Position numbers and translations under genes: made by a program. 64,000 bases of DNA, taken from contig LSRY02000006.1 in the NCBI GenBank assembly GCA_001643675.2, forward strand, positions 1,550,001 through 1,614,000, given 5' to 3'. Under the pieces are notes generated by a model, which saw only the letters and a program-made list of their open reading frames with translations, did no database searches and was not told where the DNA came from. The stretch is from Monocercomonoides exilis PA203 (lineage: Eukaryota > Protista > Preaxostyla). Positions within the stretch are counted from its first letter, which is position 1. Every line of letters begins with the position of its first letter. Shown here in pieces: positions 49,101 to 63,600 of the stretch.

Positions 49101-52100
49101 GGAGTGTGGAGATCAGCAGCGGAGAGGAAGGAAACGACGAAGGCAGCGTCAAGACACAGACAGTCCGCCCAACAGCAAACACAACTGCAGGCGATGCACC
49201 GACTCTTTCGCTTTCGCATTCGGCAAGGAAAGACGGGCCAGATGGGTGGATGGTGTTTGAAAGAGGAGTCTGCAGGGCGTTGCTGTCTGAATTTGATGAG
49301 GTTGCCTTGCTGAGCGAGAAGAGATGGGGTGTGTGGCGCAGATGTTGGGCAGTCGAGATCTGAGGAGAAGAGGATGTCAGCATAAGCCCCCTGGGAATGT
49401 CGTTGAAGGCAGGAATAAGACACGTGAGGAACGGGAAGACAAAGTTTGTGGACGAGGCATTGGCAGATGGAGGTGGTGAGAAGATCCAATGGATGGTGAT
49501 TTGTGTGGGGTGAGCAAGAACAAGAAGAGATGTGAGGAAAGCTGAAGGAACACCGCCATTTGTCTGGAAATGAGGCATAGCAGCACCTTGTGACGAAATT
49601 GGAAGTGTCTCAACATCAAAATCGCATTCAGAAGAAGACGATGATGAAGAGGATTTCGAAGAAATTGAGCTTTGAATACTGGATGAAGCAGATAAATCAG
49701 TCTTAGCTGGTTTCGCCTTACATTTTGAGAGAGCTTGTGAAGCAGCCTCTGACGCTGACTCGAACTGCGAGAAGAGCGAAGGAGGGAGAGGAATCTGCTG
49801 CTCCAGCGGCGACACCCACAGCATCTGCACAACAGGTTCGTCTGTATAAACAGTGCCCAGATGCAAATAGCCATCTCCCAAGAGCGAGTCCCACACTTCC
49901 ACACGATGTCTGTTTTCTGCTAGTTGCGAAGGTGATGGTGATGGAGAGATGACTGGAGTGGCTGAACGAGGGGTGTCTGTCTGTTGTGGTGTGGATGTTG
50001 TTTGGTGCAGAGAAAGAGGCGTTGGTGAAACTGATTGAGGAGGAGATGGAGTGGTTGATGGAGACGAAGACGATTGCTGCACACCTGGAATGAACAGAGC
50101 CACTCTTGTGATTCCTTCGAGAGCTATGATGTGATTCGGCATCTCAACAAACGCCTCACCAGGAAGCGAGGAAGACGCTGATTGCGACTGTGACTGTGTC
50201 TGTAATTGTAATCCTGTTTCATTCGCGGCTGTTTTCGGCAGCTCTGCTGAATGCTTTCCAGATGAATGAGACGAAGGAGAAGCATTTTGGTGGAGCGCTT
50301 TTTCTTTGTGTGGAGGTTTTGGTAGAGTCAAGAAGAAAGACAGCGATGCCACGAAATACGGATGGAACACGTTTTCTTCTTTGTTTGCGAGCACATCCGA
50401 AGCAGCTCTCTGAGCATCCAGGGGGAGTGGAGAATTCCATGCCTGCAGCTTCTTTCCGAGTCTGATCAGCGCAGACGCCACAAACAGCGTCGCCGCCGAG
50501 GACGAGTTGGCTGCCACAACTGCTGAGTCTGCCTCGACACTCAGCTCAATCACATGCACATTCGACTCGCTGTCTGAAACATACAAAAACCCGCTCTTCA
50601 GAGTTGTCTTGAACAAGGAGTCGGGGGATAAGGAGGAACTGTCTTTTGACTTGCCATTGGAATCGCTTGTACCTTCTTTGGGTTTTGCTTCCTCTTCTTT
50701 CGGCTTGCTTTCTTCTTCAGCTTTTGTTTGCTTCACATTTTGTGACATCATAAAGCGACTGAAGATATCGTTGTTATCCAGAAGAGACGATGAAAAGCCA
50801 AAGTTGTCTTGTTGCTGTGCTTTTTTCGCTTTCTCTTCTTCTTCTCTCTTCTTCTCTTCTTCTCTTCTTTCTTTCTCCAGCCTCTTCTTCTGCTTCAGCT
50901 GCCGCATCACTCCAATCGGAATGAGACGCGAATGAACTGGAGGAACGGACACAGATGTCACAAACAGCGGACTTTGGCATTCATTCACTGACTTCGATTC
51001 AGAAGTGTCCTGTGATTCAATTGAAGATGAGGAAGAGGAAGAAGCTGATTCGGATGAAGAAAGCGGGCTTGGAACTAAAGCGTCGTTAAGTGGTTCTGGT
51101 TTCCGTTTATAGCCTTCAGAAGCAGCTGTCTTGCTCTTTCCATTGGGAATCATTCCGAGAATAACATCCAAAGAGCAGAAGAGGAGCAGCTTGACAGGAG
51201 TGGAGATGTCCCAAATGGCCCATGCGGCAATAATCTGCTTGGTGTAGTCGATGGCCACATACACATAGTCATGAGGAGTGGTGAATGTGGTCAGATGAGA
51301 AGAAATGCTGTCTTGGAAGGATACGTTCTGGAAGCTGCTCTTCTCAAGCTGAGAAAGCGGGAATATCTTTTGCTCTTCTTCGGCTGTCACATTTGGATTC
51401 AGCGGAAGGAAGAAGGATTCCACTTCACCATCATCCAGTGACAAAATGTCAGAGAACTGGAGGAAGCGGGGCATCTTGTTGTAATAAGCATCTTCAGTGC
51501 ACTGGGTGATGGAGATGGTTGACAGTGGCTTGCTGTTCTGGTCAGGATTGCTCATCTGACTCGGTGGGCGTGTTGATGCTTTTGAAGAAGAAGCAGAAGC
51601 AGAGAAACGAGGAGAAGGAGAGTACTGTGTCTGGATTGGGGTGTCTACAGTGGGGCTGTCAGCATGATGGGACGCGTTGTGTGATGAAGAGAGACGCGAG
51701 GTCAGTGACTGAGCATCAGCTGTCAGTGAGACAGGTCTTGCATGTGGTAGATGCACAACAAACAGCCCGCGCATTCTTCCTCCTTCTGTTGATAAGATCG
51801 AAGGGAGCACGAGACACGGCAAAGCTGGGTGGAACAGAGGAGACACGACACGGCGGTGCCTCAGCTGAGTGATTGGCCAAATGGGATGCAACGTTCTCTT
51901 CTTCAGAAGTGGCTCAGGATCCAACAGCGAAAGACTGGCAGTGTTCACAAGAGGCCTCAGAAGAGTCGTGGAGAGTGAGTGTGCTTTGGCCAAAGATGTG
52001 TGATTGGCATAAAAATTGCGGAAGGCAGTCAATCTTGCTTTTTGGCTTTGGAGGTGGTGAGTGATGTCTGCTGAGGAAGTGCTGCGCCGTGGGTGGTATC

Positions 52101-55100
52101 TGGACAGCGACACCAGATCCAGCACATGCAACTGGGTGAGCAACATGTTCGGCCCAGCGCTGTTCCACAGAATGCATCTTTCTCCTGTTTCGTCCAATGA
52201 AGCAATCAAGTCAGTCCTGATGCCTTTCACTGGATGCCCCGTTTTTTCAATCATCCGCTTCAGAATGTGGCTGTTTTCTTGGAAGAACAGCATCTCGTCC
52301 ACCTCAACCAGCGACAGATAGTCTGCTAGTGTGGCCACATCGGGGTCTGATAACAGAGCAGACAGTGATTTGACCAGTGCTGGCGATGCTGCTTTGCTTT
52401 TTGGAGGTGCATCAGGCACAGTGTGTGATGCAGAGATCGGCAGAAGAGAAGGTTGAGCAGTCAATCCATTCAGGTTGGATGAGGAGGCGTTAATGCGCAC
52501 GCCATCGATGTCATTGTCACTGTCTGAGTCAGTTGACGTTCTGGTTGACTGCAAGTCGCTCCGAGAGCCGTTGTAAAACAGATCTTCTTCACCATTGGAG
52601 TTGTGGTCAGAGGAACAAGAAGAGCAAGATGAAGAAGATGAGGAAGAAGACAAATCGTCGTCAAACGACGACGACGATGAATATGAAGCATTGTCGTTTG
52701 AAGACAACCCGTCTTCGTCGAGGTCTGCATCGAGGTCTGAGTCTGAGTCAGACTGTTCAGACGGATAGTTCGGGTGAAGTGAGAAGAACACTCCCTTTGA
52801 CTCGTCCTGCGGGAAGTCTGGAACATACGCCGAGGGCGTCTCACTGGGCGACGGGATGCTTTCGCAGTGCTCAGGAAAGATCAGCTCTGCATCAGACGCC
52901 AGACGCAGCAGACGAGCACGAAGTTTTGGGTCAAGTGAAGAACCTCCTTCGTGTTTCTTGATGTTCTCGAATTCTTCGCTCAGTGTTTTCGCTTTCAGTT
53001 CGGATTCTTTCTGTTCGGACTCTGCTTTCTTCACAATCTCAATCAGCTTCTCTTTGAACGCCAAGATGACTGCGTCGATCGAGTAGATGGATGCTTTGCA
53101 TCTGGATGAGCAAGCCATCGCTGTGATGGGCATTTCGTGGCCGATTGACACGATCTGCTGGCAGACGCCGCCTGTTTGGTGGTCAGAGGGAATGTGGACA
53201 GGCAGGCACGCCAGCGACGACGGTGAGAGAGACGATGAAATCTGGTTCTGGATCACAAGAGTAGTCGATTGCGAGACAGAAGACAAAGCAGAAGAGTCTG
53301 GTGCTGCCTGGAGCGAATGGTTGTGGAAAGGCGAGGGGTCGATCTGGAGTGTGCAAAGAGTGCCTCCAATCAGCTGCAAGATCAGGTTGATCGGCGAGCG
53401 CGTCCCGTTCAGCATCCACGACGATGTGAATGCCACAGAGCTCTGAATCATACGCCCAGTGGAAGCACATCCACGGGCTGGTGGATATGACTGAGGATAC
53501 TTCTCTAGAAATGGATTGGGTGGAGGTGAAGGAAGAGGAGAAGGTGGAGGATGAATGAGGGAGTCAACGGAATGTGGTGAAGTGGTGGGTGTGGGTGATT
53601 GAGACAATGGACGAGTAACAGAAGATGATTGCTTGGAAACAAATGACTCAACAGAAGAGCTGCGAGACGCAGACCAAAGAAAAGAGGAGGTATCAGAGGA
53701 AGATGACGACGAAGTGGAATAGAAAGATGAAAGTGAAGTGGAGGAAGAAGAAGAGGAAAAAGAAGAAGAGCTGGACTCTGAGCTTTCTGAATCAGAGCTT
53801 TCATCAAATGCATAATCACCTGAGTCGCTTTTGTTGCTTCTCCTCTTTCTCTGTCTATTGCTTGCCTGATTGACCTGTATTGCATATGAGCCTTCTTTCA
53901 ATGAAGCATTCGGTGTATTTGCTCCGTTCATCTGCTTCCCCCACTCCCAGCTCATGTGCGTTGTTCCTGGGCAAGGGAGCGGGACGAGGGAGGAGACGAC
54001 GATGCATCGGGGGATCCAGCGAAGCAGAGTGACAGACGGAGGCTTTGCGCCCTGTGCGCCCAATGTGATGTCCAAGATGCGCCAGATGAACACGTCGCCG
54101 CTGGTGTTGCAGATGCCGACGATGAAGTCTTCGACTTCGCTTTCAGAGGGAGGCAGGTGGAACAGTCGGTCGTTGCGTCCTTGCAGAGTGGAGGGGCTGC
54201 CGAGATAGTCCAGAGACAAGCACAGTGCAGACTGCTGTGGAAGAATTGGGAGATCTGTTGAATCGCCTGAACGAGGTGGAAGTGATGAAAGAAATAAAAA
54301 AAGAGTCAAAAAGAAAATGAAAATTTAAAATAACGATTCAACTTAGAAGTATTCAAGTTTTAAAGAACAATGCAAACTTAATGATTCTTTGTAAGGATCG
54401 AAGGTGATGTCATCTGAAGTTCTTTCATTTGCCTTGTCATCATTCGCCTTCACAACTGGAATCTTCTCCTTTTCGTTTCCGTAGATAGTGCCACTGGAGA
54501 TATCGAAGATGAGCCACTGTTTGCTGGCAACAGTTGGGGAAGAGAGGTTGTAAGGCGACGGAATGGAAGATCTAAGCCATGTGAGTGTGATGAATGGAAA
54601 GGAATACGGCGAAGGAAGCGGATGGCAAAGTGGCGGTGGCTCGATGGAGACGCGCGTAGGCAGCGCAGACGGGTCGTTCTGGCTGATTGGCATGAAAAGC
54701 CCCGCTGTGTCGACAGAAAGTGTGTCTGCCTCGTCGATTTCTGCTGCTGCCACCATCGACGCAGCGCGTACAACGTCTTCGGCAGACTGCGGGCAGACTG
54801 ACAGGACAGAGCCATCGGCGCTCGACAGCAGCGCATTGGAGCTGACCTCGCTGGAGACGGGTGAGTTGGCTGTCGGACGAGGGCTGTCGTTGAAGGAAGC
54901 GTCGTGGAACTGAGCCTCAAACAGAGGATGGTGTTTTGGATCGACGATGAGAAGGGTGGCGCTCAGCTGTATTTTGGTGCGGATGTTCAGAGCAACATAG
55001 TCCAGCGGGACAGACGAGTGAAAGCGGGAAGAGGAAGACAGAGTGACCGAGTAGAGAATATCGTCCTTCAAAAGCGAAGGTGCGAAATAAGGCGATGAGT

Positions 55101-56959
55101 GTGACAGACTGGCAGGGAGCGACGGGTCCTGTGACTGCCACGAGTGTGTGAGAAGAGCCAGATGCGGATGGACTGTGGAGAAGCACTCGCGAATGTAAGG
55201 AGCAGCAGCAGACGTCTTCATTCTGACTGACAGCTCTGTGTGTGTGTAGATGGATCTGATGGGAAGAGAGCAAGTGGAGTCTGGTGTTGCTTGCTGTGAC
55301 TGGGTGGGCGAAGAAGTTTTTGAGGGAGAAGCCGAAGGAAGATTACCGCGTTCGGTGAATGCTACCGGAAAAAACATCTCGTTTGGATCGTGAAATGACT
55401 GCGCAACACTTTTAGGCTTTCTGCTTCTACTTCTGCTGCTGCTTCTCTCGCCGTTTCTTTTCCCATTTGCCTCGTCTCCTTCTTCTTCTGTGTCTTCGTT
55501 CTCGTCTGAATGGAAATCTTCATCTGAGTCTGAATACCCGTTTTGCACAAAATATCGCTGAGGCAGCCCTTCAAAATCGTTCTTCTTCCAGTTAAACAGC
55601 ATCATTGTGGCTCTGTCAAATTCGTCTTCTTCTCCCTCCAAATACATCTCGTCCAAAAAGTTCTCGCTCTCGCTGCTGTCTTCGTTGCTGTCCAAGTCAA
55701 AATCGTCTTCGCCGTTTTTCTGTCCATTCATTCCATCTTTGATCTTGCTGCTTCGCCCAGCAACTGCGTCCAGCACTGCCTTTTGATGCGCTTTCTGGGC
55801 TTCACGCAATTTTGTCTCTTTGCGGAAGGCTTTTTCCATCTCTTTTCTCTTCCGCGCAATCATCCCGCGCACTGCAGCCACAGAATCGCGAGGATGAAGC
55901 CGGCAAAGCTGCATGTCTTCTTCAAACGCAGCTGACGATGGAGATATCATCTTTAAAGTCCATACCCTTCCAATATCTTCTCCATTTGTCTCTGTTAACA
56001 ACGCAATTGAAGAAGTGGATGTCAGAGAATGTGAGTACGTTGCTGCAGATGTGACTTGTGCCAGAGAAGCCTTATTTCCTTCGGCAGGCTTGTCTTGCTG
56101 TACTGAATGGTGCTTGGCTGTAACTCCACTGTTCGGCCTCCAATCGCATTTTGTTACAATTGAAGGATGCAGGCAAGTACCACAAAAATGTGGAGAAGAA
56201 GAGTCCGGACCCGGAATGTGCCGAGGAAGAGCCCACCAAATTTCTGTCAAGCGTGAATTCTCGCACACTGTTGCAATAAATGTATCAGATGCATCCCAAC
56301 TTATGCATTTTATATTTGTTGGAATGCCACTTGCTAAAATGCGAGATCTTATTTCATAATAATTTTCATATCTCTTTTTATGAGTTTCATTAAAATATTT
56401 AGAAGACTTTGACAGATGTGGTATTTCCTTTCTGTAAACTGAAATCATCCAAATTGCAAGTGTTCCACCTGATCCGGTGCAAAATTTTGTTCCTGTATGA
56501 TTTAATGAAACACAAGAAATAGGTGGGTCGTGAGGTGAAAGTGGCAATGAAAAGCAAATTCTCCAAGAGAGTTCCTTTTCAAAAAGAAATAAAATAAATA
56601 GCAATTTTTGAAAATATATTTTAAATCAACATAAGGTTAACAAGCATACGTTCGTATCCTCCTTTTTGGTTGGCTCATGAATTACAAGAAATTCCCGAGA
56701 AGCTGAAACAATCTGCGAACAAAAATCAGTGAATAATTGCAAACAAATCTGTTTCACATACTTTTCCAGAAGCACTGCACCAATCAAAGGCAATAATATC
56801 GCTTTTATGCCCAGAAAGCATAACAGAAGGCCAAAGCGAGTCAAATTCTATGATGATGTGAGATCCAACAGCAACTGCAATCATTCGCTCTCCACCAACA
56901 TGTGCAACGCAAAATTGAGTTCCTTTGTTAAATGCGCCAGCATTTCCGATATGCAGCAT
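37195..56959 (-). CDS. RAV1: Rabconnectin-3alpha / DMXL / Rav1 (RAVE V-ATPase assembly scaffold) homologue, ~6,509 aa; exons 56959-56762, 56712-56650, 56574-54378, 54266-37195
   Basis: Rav1p_C signature ALWYFALGKKAVLSALFK...FLANDFTTERWKRAALKNAYALVGRQEYHYAAAFYILG. N-terminal WD40 (LSGHKSDIIAFDW) and C-terminal WD40 (AHPFLPYYLS, AHAAPITALA..LVSASADGYIKLWD). Exon phases consistent; total 19,530 nt. Confidence 0.88.
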
Positions 56960-57310
56960 CGGAAATGAATAGCAAAATAAAAATTTATTATGATCTTGTC
57001 CATAATCATATTAATTTTGATGAGAAACAAACGAAATTCGAACATTCAAGAATTAAAACAACTATTTCATCCAAACTTATTTTGCGGTTAATCATAAAAA
57101 GTTTAGCATTCACATGTTAAAAAGATTGAAAAAAAAGAAAATAGAAAAATAGAGAAAAAATTGTTTAAAAAAAAATCAACAGTTGAAATTTTAATCTCAA
57201 ATATCTTTTTGGACAAATATAAAAAGATCTTATATGATATGATGTGAAATAAAATACATTGTTAACCAAATTTTATTTTGTTTTAGTTTTGTCAAACAAA
57301 AAAATTATAT

Positions 57311-57355
57311 AAAATAAAATGAATTAAAATAAAATAAAATAAAATAAAATAAAAT
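57311..57355. repeat. (AAAAT)n pentanucleotide repeat in a divergent intergenic region
   Basis: Six tandem AAAAT at 57326-57355 plus two at 57311-57320. Confidence 0.85.
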
Positions 57356-57615
57356 ATTTGAAGAATGTTCTTGAAAATTAGAATTAGGGCTTCTTTTTTA
57401 AATTTTTGAAAAAAACAGCAAATATTTCCAGTTTTTTCTGTTTTATGAAATCAGTTGCTTAATATTATAATCTGATATTTCTTATTAATCATTGAAAAAC
57501 GAAACGAGCTCAAAAAATCATTAAAAAAACAAAGCAAATAAAACATAAAATATCATCCCAATAAAATATTTTGGATTATGAAAGGATGAGGTTTGATCAA
57601 TAAATATTTTTCTTG

Positions 57616-60600
57616 ATGAATGACTTATTATTTTCTTTGTGTGTATTATTGTTTATTCAAGCACCTTCGCAATTGATCGGTAACTGTGCGGAAGAATTTC
57701 AGTCAACAGCATTTCACTTTGGAAATAAATCCACAAACCGAACATATCAAATCGAAAAGAATGGTCGTTTGGAAGCGAAAGCATGTCATGCACATTACAG
57801 TGAAACAAGACATTTTTCCGGTCTGGTGAGCTGCAACTTGGCCTCATTTCATTTACTGAATTCTTCTTTTGAATCCTGCAACATTCTCTTTCAGCAGATC
57901 CAAAAATGCAACGTGTTATCAAGTGACGAGAATTCACTGATATCACTGCACGCTTGCACGATTGCTCCATGTGAATGTTCTTCAAAAAACTTTATGCAAA
58001 CGAAAGGAGGAGTTGTTAAGCTTGAGAATTTGTCGCTTGCAACAGCCAGCTTGCTGAGTCATTCCTTTGCCATTTTTGAGCCACTGACAAGCTGCGCACC
58101 ATTAACCAAAGGAATTTTGGACATTTCAGTGTCTTCATTCGATTCTTTGATTACTACATCTTTCGAACCTCTTCTGTCGCCAATTTCATTTGTTGAAGTG
58201 AACATTGTGGACTGTCATTTTTCAAACATATCCTGCTCAATAAAGCATGCGGATGATCTCAAAAACTCTTATCGAAAATGTGACACAAGCATCAGAAGCT
58301 CCACATTTGTATCGACAGACGAACCATTTTATGGGTCACTCTTCACTGATATAAACTCTGTGCAGTCATTGTGCTTCTTTTGCTCAAACTGCTCTTTTTT
58401 GTCATCAACACCAAAAAACATCACAAACATCCGCCAGATAGTCACCGGAAGTGGGGATTCCAATTTCATTGACACTATTTTCCGTGACATTTCATACGAT
58501 TTAGATTATGGTGGTGCATTGAGATTTGCTTCGAGTGGTGAATTGACGGTGACAAACTGTGAATTCGAACGATGCTCAATAACAAATAGTTATGGACACT
58601 CAGCAATTTCTCTTTTTCCTTCCGGAAGTGGAATAATCCGTTCTTCAACGTTCACTAATTGTTCATCAAGTGCACACGGAACTGTTGGGATAGTTACAAT
58701 GAAATACGCAGAAAAAAGTGTTATTGGTTGCAGTTTTAGAGGAAATATTGCGCAAGATGCAGGTGGATGTTTCTATTCACGTGACTCAAATTACGTAATT
58801 GTGCAACAATGTTATTTTTTCAATGGAACTTCTTTGAGAAATGAAACTTCATTCCTTTATTCTGGAGGAGGAATCGGGTTTCGAACTTCTGTCGAAGCTT
58901 ATATATCTGACTGTATTTTTTTTTTAAACAATGCACAAAGCATTGGAGGAGGAATATGCATTGGACCAAAAGAAAATATTTATGCAAACAATTTAAAAAA
59001 GATTTTTCGATTTTTATATTTTGAATCGAACACAGCAGCATTCAATAAAGGGCATGATGTTTTTGTGTCTAGTGATTGGGCTTCCATCATCACACAGAAG
59101 GATTTTGTGTGCTGCCTGACACACACAACATTGAGGCCTCAGTTGACATGGAATGATGAAGACAAAAGTGAGTGGCTCAGTTCAGCATTCAATCCAGTGC
59201 ATGTGTCTGCAGATGCCGGAAATGATACTGTAATGTGTGGCCCCGCAGAACGAAAATGCCGTTCGCTGAAGCAGAGCATTATTGTGGCAAGTGATTTGGC
59301 TGGTGCAGAAACACAAGTGACAGTGGATGCAGGCATCTACAATGAGACTGCCATTTCTGTTGAGAAGATGATAGAAATTGAAGGAGCATCGAAGGACAAC
59401 ACGACTGTGACAGTGTCAGCATCTCCAGATTTTGGATCTGCAATAACAGTGGAGAACGACGGAGCATTGACCATCAGAAAGTTCAAGTTGATTCACAATT
59501 CCTCATTATCAGACGCTTCCTCTTCACTTATTCTTGTTGCATCAGGATCGGTGTTGGTGTGTGATTGCAGCATTTCGGCTGAAGAGAATCAACTGAACAC
59601 ATTTACGGAATCGGTTATCAATGTTGCTGGAGGCGAAGCAGTTATCAGAGATGTGATGTTTTTCTCTTTTCGAATAGCAGCTGCAGTTTTTTCGTTTGGA
59701 AATCCAGATAGTTTAACGCTTGCCAATGTTATGTTTAACAATATCATTCGCGTTGAAGGGAATGGATGCATATTTGAGGTGTCTCTCAAGAATGAAGAGA
59801 AGCTGCATTTGGGGAATATGAGCGTTGATGAGTGTTCGTGCAGGGGTGGAAATGGCGGAGGGTTAAGTGTTGTGATGGAAGACAATTCTGAATTCAGTGC
59901 TGGAAATGGGACAGGAGACAAAGACACAGTTGGAATGGATTCATGTGAGGCTATGAGCGACGATGAAGGGGAAAACGGTCTTGGGGGAGGTATTTTTCTT
60001 TATTTGAGCAACGATTTTCAGAACTTTTGCCTGAAAGATGTATTCTTTAGAGGATGCAAAGCCAAAGCTGGAGACTGTGTTTTTGTGAATGGGAATGATT
60101 TGTCAGTTGTGATAACCACAGCATCATTTGGATTTGAATATGACTTGAACAGCCTGGTTGAGCTTCGTGGTTATGAAAGATCAACATTCAACGGAAGCTT
60201 GGCAATCCCTCTTGTGTTGTATTTGCGGGATCCGCCGTCTGTTGTGTATATAGGCGGAGCGAGCCATCATGATCATGCAAAATGTGGATATGAAGACTTC
60301 CCCTGCAAAACAATTGATGGAGGTGTTCAGAGAAATATTGATAATCCGGAGCAGACATTGAGGTTTATGAGCACATTTGAGTTTGAACACGAAATGGAGT
60401 TCAAAGAACACATTTTCAACATTGATGTGAATGGAAGCGGAGAAGACATTGCAGTTGGATGCCGAGATGAGAAAGTTCATGATTGGCTGGCAAGGAGTAA
60501 CACAACAGTCAGCATGACAAAGATGACATTTGCATTGAACGCGTCTCTAAGCGGAAGAACCACATTCTTTGAATGTGACGGAAGCGCTCTAACTCTTGTT

Positions 60601-63600
60601 GGGTGCTCAATGAAAATGAATGAACTCACAACTTTTGTTGAGTACTCGCTTCTTCGAATATGCGGAGGAACTTTGAACATCACGAATTTTGAGGTGGAGA
60701 ATTCTCAATCAGTAATGTTCAAGGGGGCGGGAATGATTGAATTTGAGGGAGATGGAGCAATGACTGTTGATGGGTTGAAAATTGCCGGAGGAGGGACAAG
60801 CAGCGCAAATGGGATGATATCTATGGGGGCTAGTGGAACAGGATTGATAAACAACAGCATGTTTTGCAACATGAACTTTGATTGTTGCGGCGTGATTCAT
60901 TTGGAATCGAAATTAACATTGTTGAACAGCTCGTTTAAGAATTTGAAGAGGATGGAAGGAGGTGGAGGAGCAGTGCAGGCAACAATTGGAGCTGGAAAGT
61001 TTATCAATGCAGAGAGATGTTTTTTTGAGCAGACAAGCTGTGCTGAGGAAGAAAGCAAAGGCGGAAGCTGTGCCATAACGATTGGCGAAAGGAGTTCATT
61101 CTTCTTTTCAAGTTGCATGTTTAATGAATCCAGCGTGAATGAAGAAAGCGGGAAAGGAGGAGGCCTTTATGCTTGCTTCGAAGAACCAACAACAACATAC
61201 TCTTTTAGTTCTGTAGTATTTACAAAAAACAAAGCTGGCCATGGAAAGAATATGTATATTTATTCGAGCGATCTTAACCACACAATTTCGACTGTTTCTT
61301 TTGCATTTGAATATGAATCGGGAAAAAATAACAGTGACCTCTTCGATGGTGCAGATCCAAAACTGGGAGAAATCAATCTTCTGAGATTTTTAATAAACTT
61401 TTCATCTGATATTGTGTGTGTCTCTGGCAATGGAATCGATATTGTATCGTGCGGAAGCAAAGAATATCCATGCCAGTCTCTGTGGATGGCAACAAAACAT
61501 ATTAATCATTCGATGACACAATGTGGAATCTTAATAAATGATGAATGTGTGCTTGAAGATATGTTTGATCTTTCCTGGTGTAGCATAAATTCATCGGCAT
61601 GGGAGGCAGACGAAAAGGTAAAAGCGACAATCCGAATTGAAGGCAAAGAGGGAGGAGAGGCAACTCCCCATATAAAGAATTATGGGGAGATGTTTTTTGG
61701 CCTTGTTGTTTTGTCATTGAGAAAAATAAATGGAGGAGGTTCGAGTGCAATAGTTGTTAATGAAGCTGGAATACTGATGCTTTCAGATTGCTTGTTTGAA
61801 GCAGATGTGCAAGAGCATGAGGAATGTGATTGTTGCTTTGTGCTGTTGGTGAAAGGGAAGCTTGATGTGAACATAGTGAATGTGGGGCACATGACACTTG
61901 GCCGAGAAGTGTTTCGCTTGAGGAGCGGAAGTACTTGCACCATGAAAGGGCTCACTGCCACCGAAGTGCAAATGAGAAACGGATGCTTGATAACAATAGA
62001 AAGCACCGAAGGTAGAGGAGCAAATAATGCAACAGTCGTAAACGTCGAGGATGGATCGTTTTTGCGCGTGTCTGGTGATGGAAACAGATGCAGTGTTGTT
62101 GAAAGTGCACATGGAGACAATGTGCAACTGACAATAAATGGAACAGTTTTTGAGCAGTGCAACACAACGTTGTCAGAGAAAGGAGGAGGGATGCTGTTTG
62201 TGCTTGATGAAGAGGGATCGTTTGCACTTCATGATTCAAAGGTCATTCAAACAAGCTGTTCTGTTGCGAATGGAAGAGGTGGTGGCGCATATATAAAGAG
62301 TACACTGAGTGGAGAACTGAACTTCTTTTTTGATAATGTGCTGTTTAAACGCAACGTGGCACAGGTGGGGAATGATGTGTTTGTTGAGTGCATAAACATT
62401 GAAAATCAGATCAATGAGACACAATTCAGGCTTGTCCTATCGCAGAAGGGATATGTCAAGGAAAATGCAATATATGGCATTGATAGTGGCGAGCATTCTG
62501 AGACACTATTTGATTTGATCAATCTGATAACTGTGTATATGGCAGACATGATTGTTGTTTCCTCATTACCATCGAACGGAGGGAAGAATGACAGGCAGTG
62601 TGGGCCGCCATCATATCCATGCAAGTCAATTGACTATGCAATAAGCCATTTGTCCCACGAATTTGTGAGTATGATGTATGTTGACAATTGTTCGCTGGTG
62701 CAGGGAGAGACCGAGCTGAGTGATATGACGCTCTTGTCGAAAGGTTCACTTCCGTCCAAAGTGAATGTTTTTTCTGAGATTCCAGCAACACGAAATGAGC
62801 TCGTGGTCACATCAGAATGTGTAACAATATCTCTCCTCAAATTCTCGTTTCCGTCACCATTTTCCTCAAAACACTCTTCGTTCATTCTCATTAAAAGCGG
62901 ATCGCTTTCAATTCAGTCTTGCTCATTTTGTGCATCAGACTTGCCCTCCGTCTCCACTACGCCTGAGCTGTCGATGACGCTTATTGTTCAAAATGGAAAG
63001 CATCTTGCAATCTCCCGCACCAACGTTTCCGGTCTCTCATTTGCTTCTGGAAAAGCAATCATAGGTGCTTTTTCGCGAACTGCAAATATCTCGTTCGAGC
63101 AATTATCAATTGAGAATGTGGCTCTTCAGGATGGAAGCTGCATCAGCATCGTTGATCCACATGAGAATTCGATAAATTCTCAGGATGTATGCATTGTCGA
63201 TATATCTCAGTGTTTATTTTCAAATGTTTCGAGATATGGCTCAAACGTTTGTGCGATCTCCGCTTCCTCAAAAGAACTGATCAATTTATCGAACTGCTCA
63301 TTCAAAGCTCGCTCATTGTCTTCGACTCTTGGAAGTGCTGTTTTGTTTGCTTTTTGTTTGAATGTGGAAATAAAAACGTGCTCGTTTGTTGGAGAATATA
63401 GTGACCCAGATAGCCTGGAGGTATTGAACCAACAAAACGAAAAGAATGAAGGACTATGTTTGTGGAACGGATCTTTGGTCTGGACGAGAAATAGTTTTGT
63501 TGCAATGAAAGACACTGTGATTTCAAATTCATGTGAAGGAGGGCTGTCTGTATCTGGGGGACGTATGACGGTTGAGATGGGAATGTTCAAAGATAACAAC

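Noticed and set aside
37316-56359. Many short plus-strand and alternate-frame ORFs over the DMXL gene, and similar ones over other long genes
   Set aside because: Shadow ORFs produced by Ser-rich codon usage; no recognisable domains.
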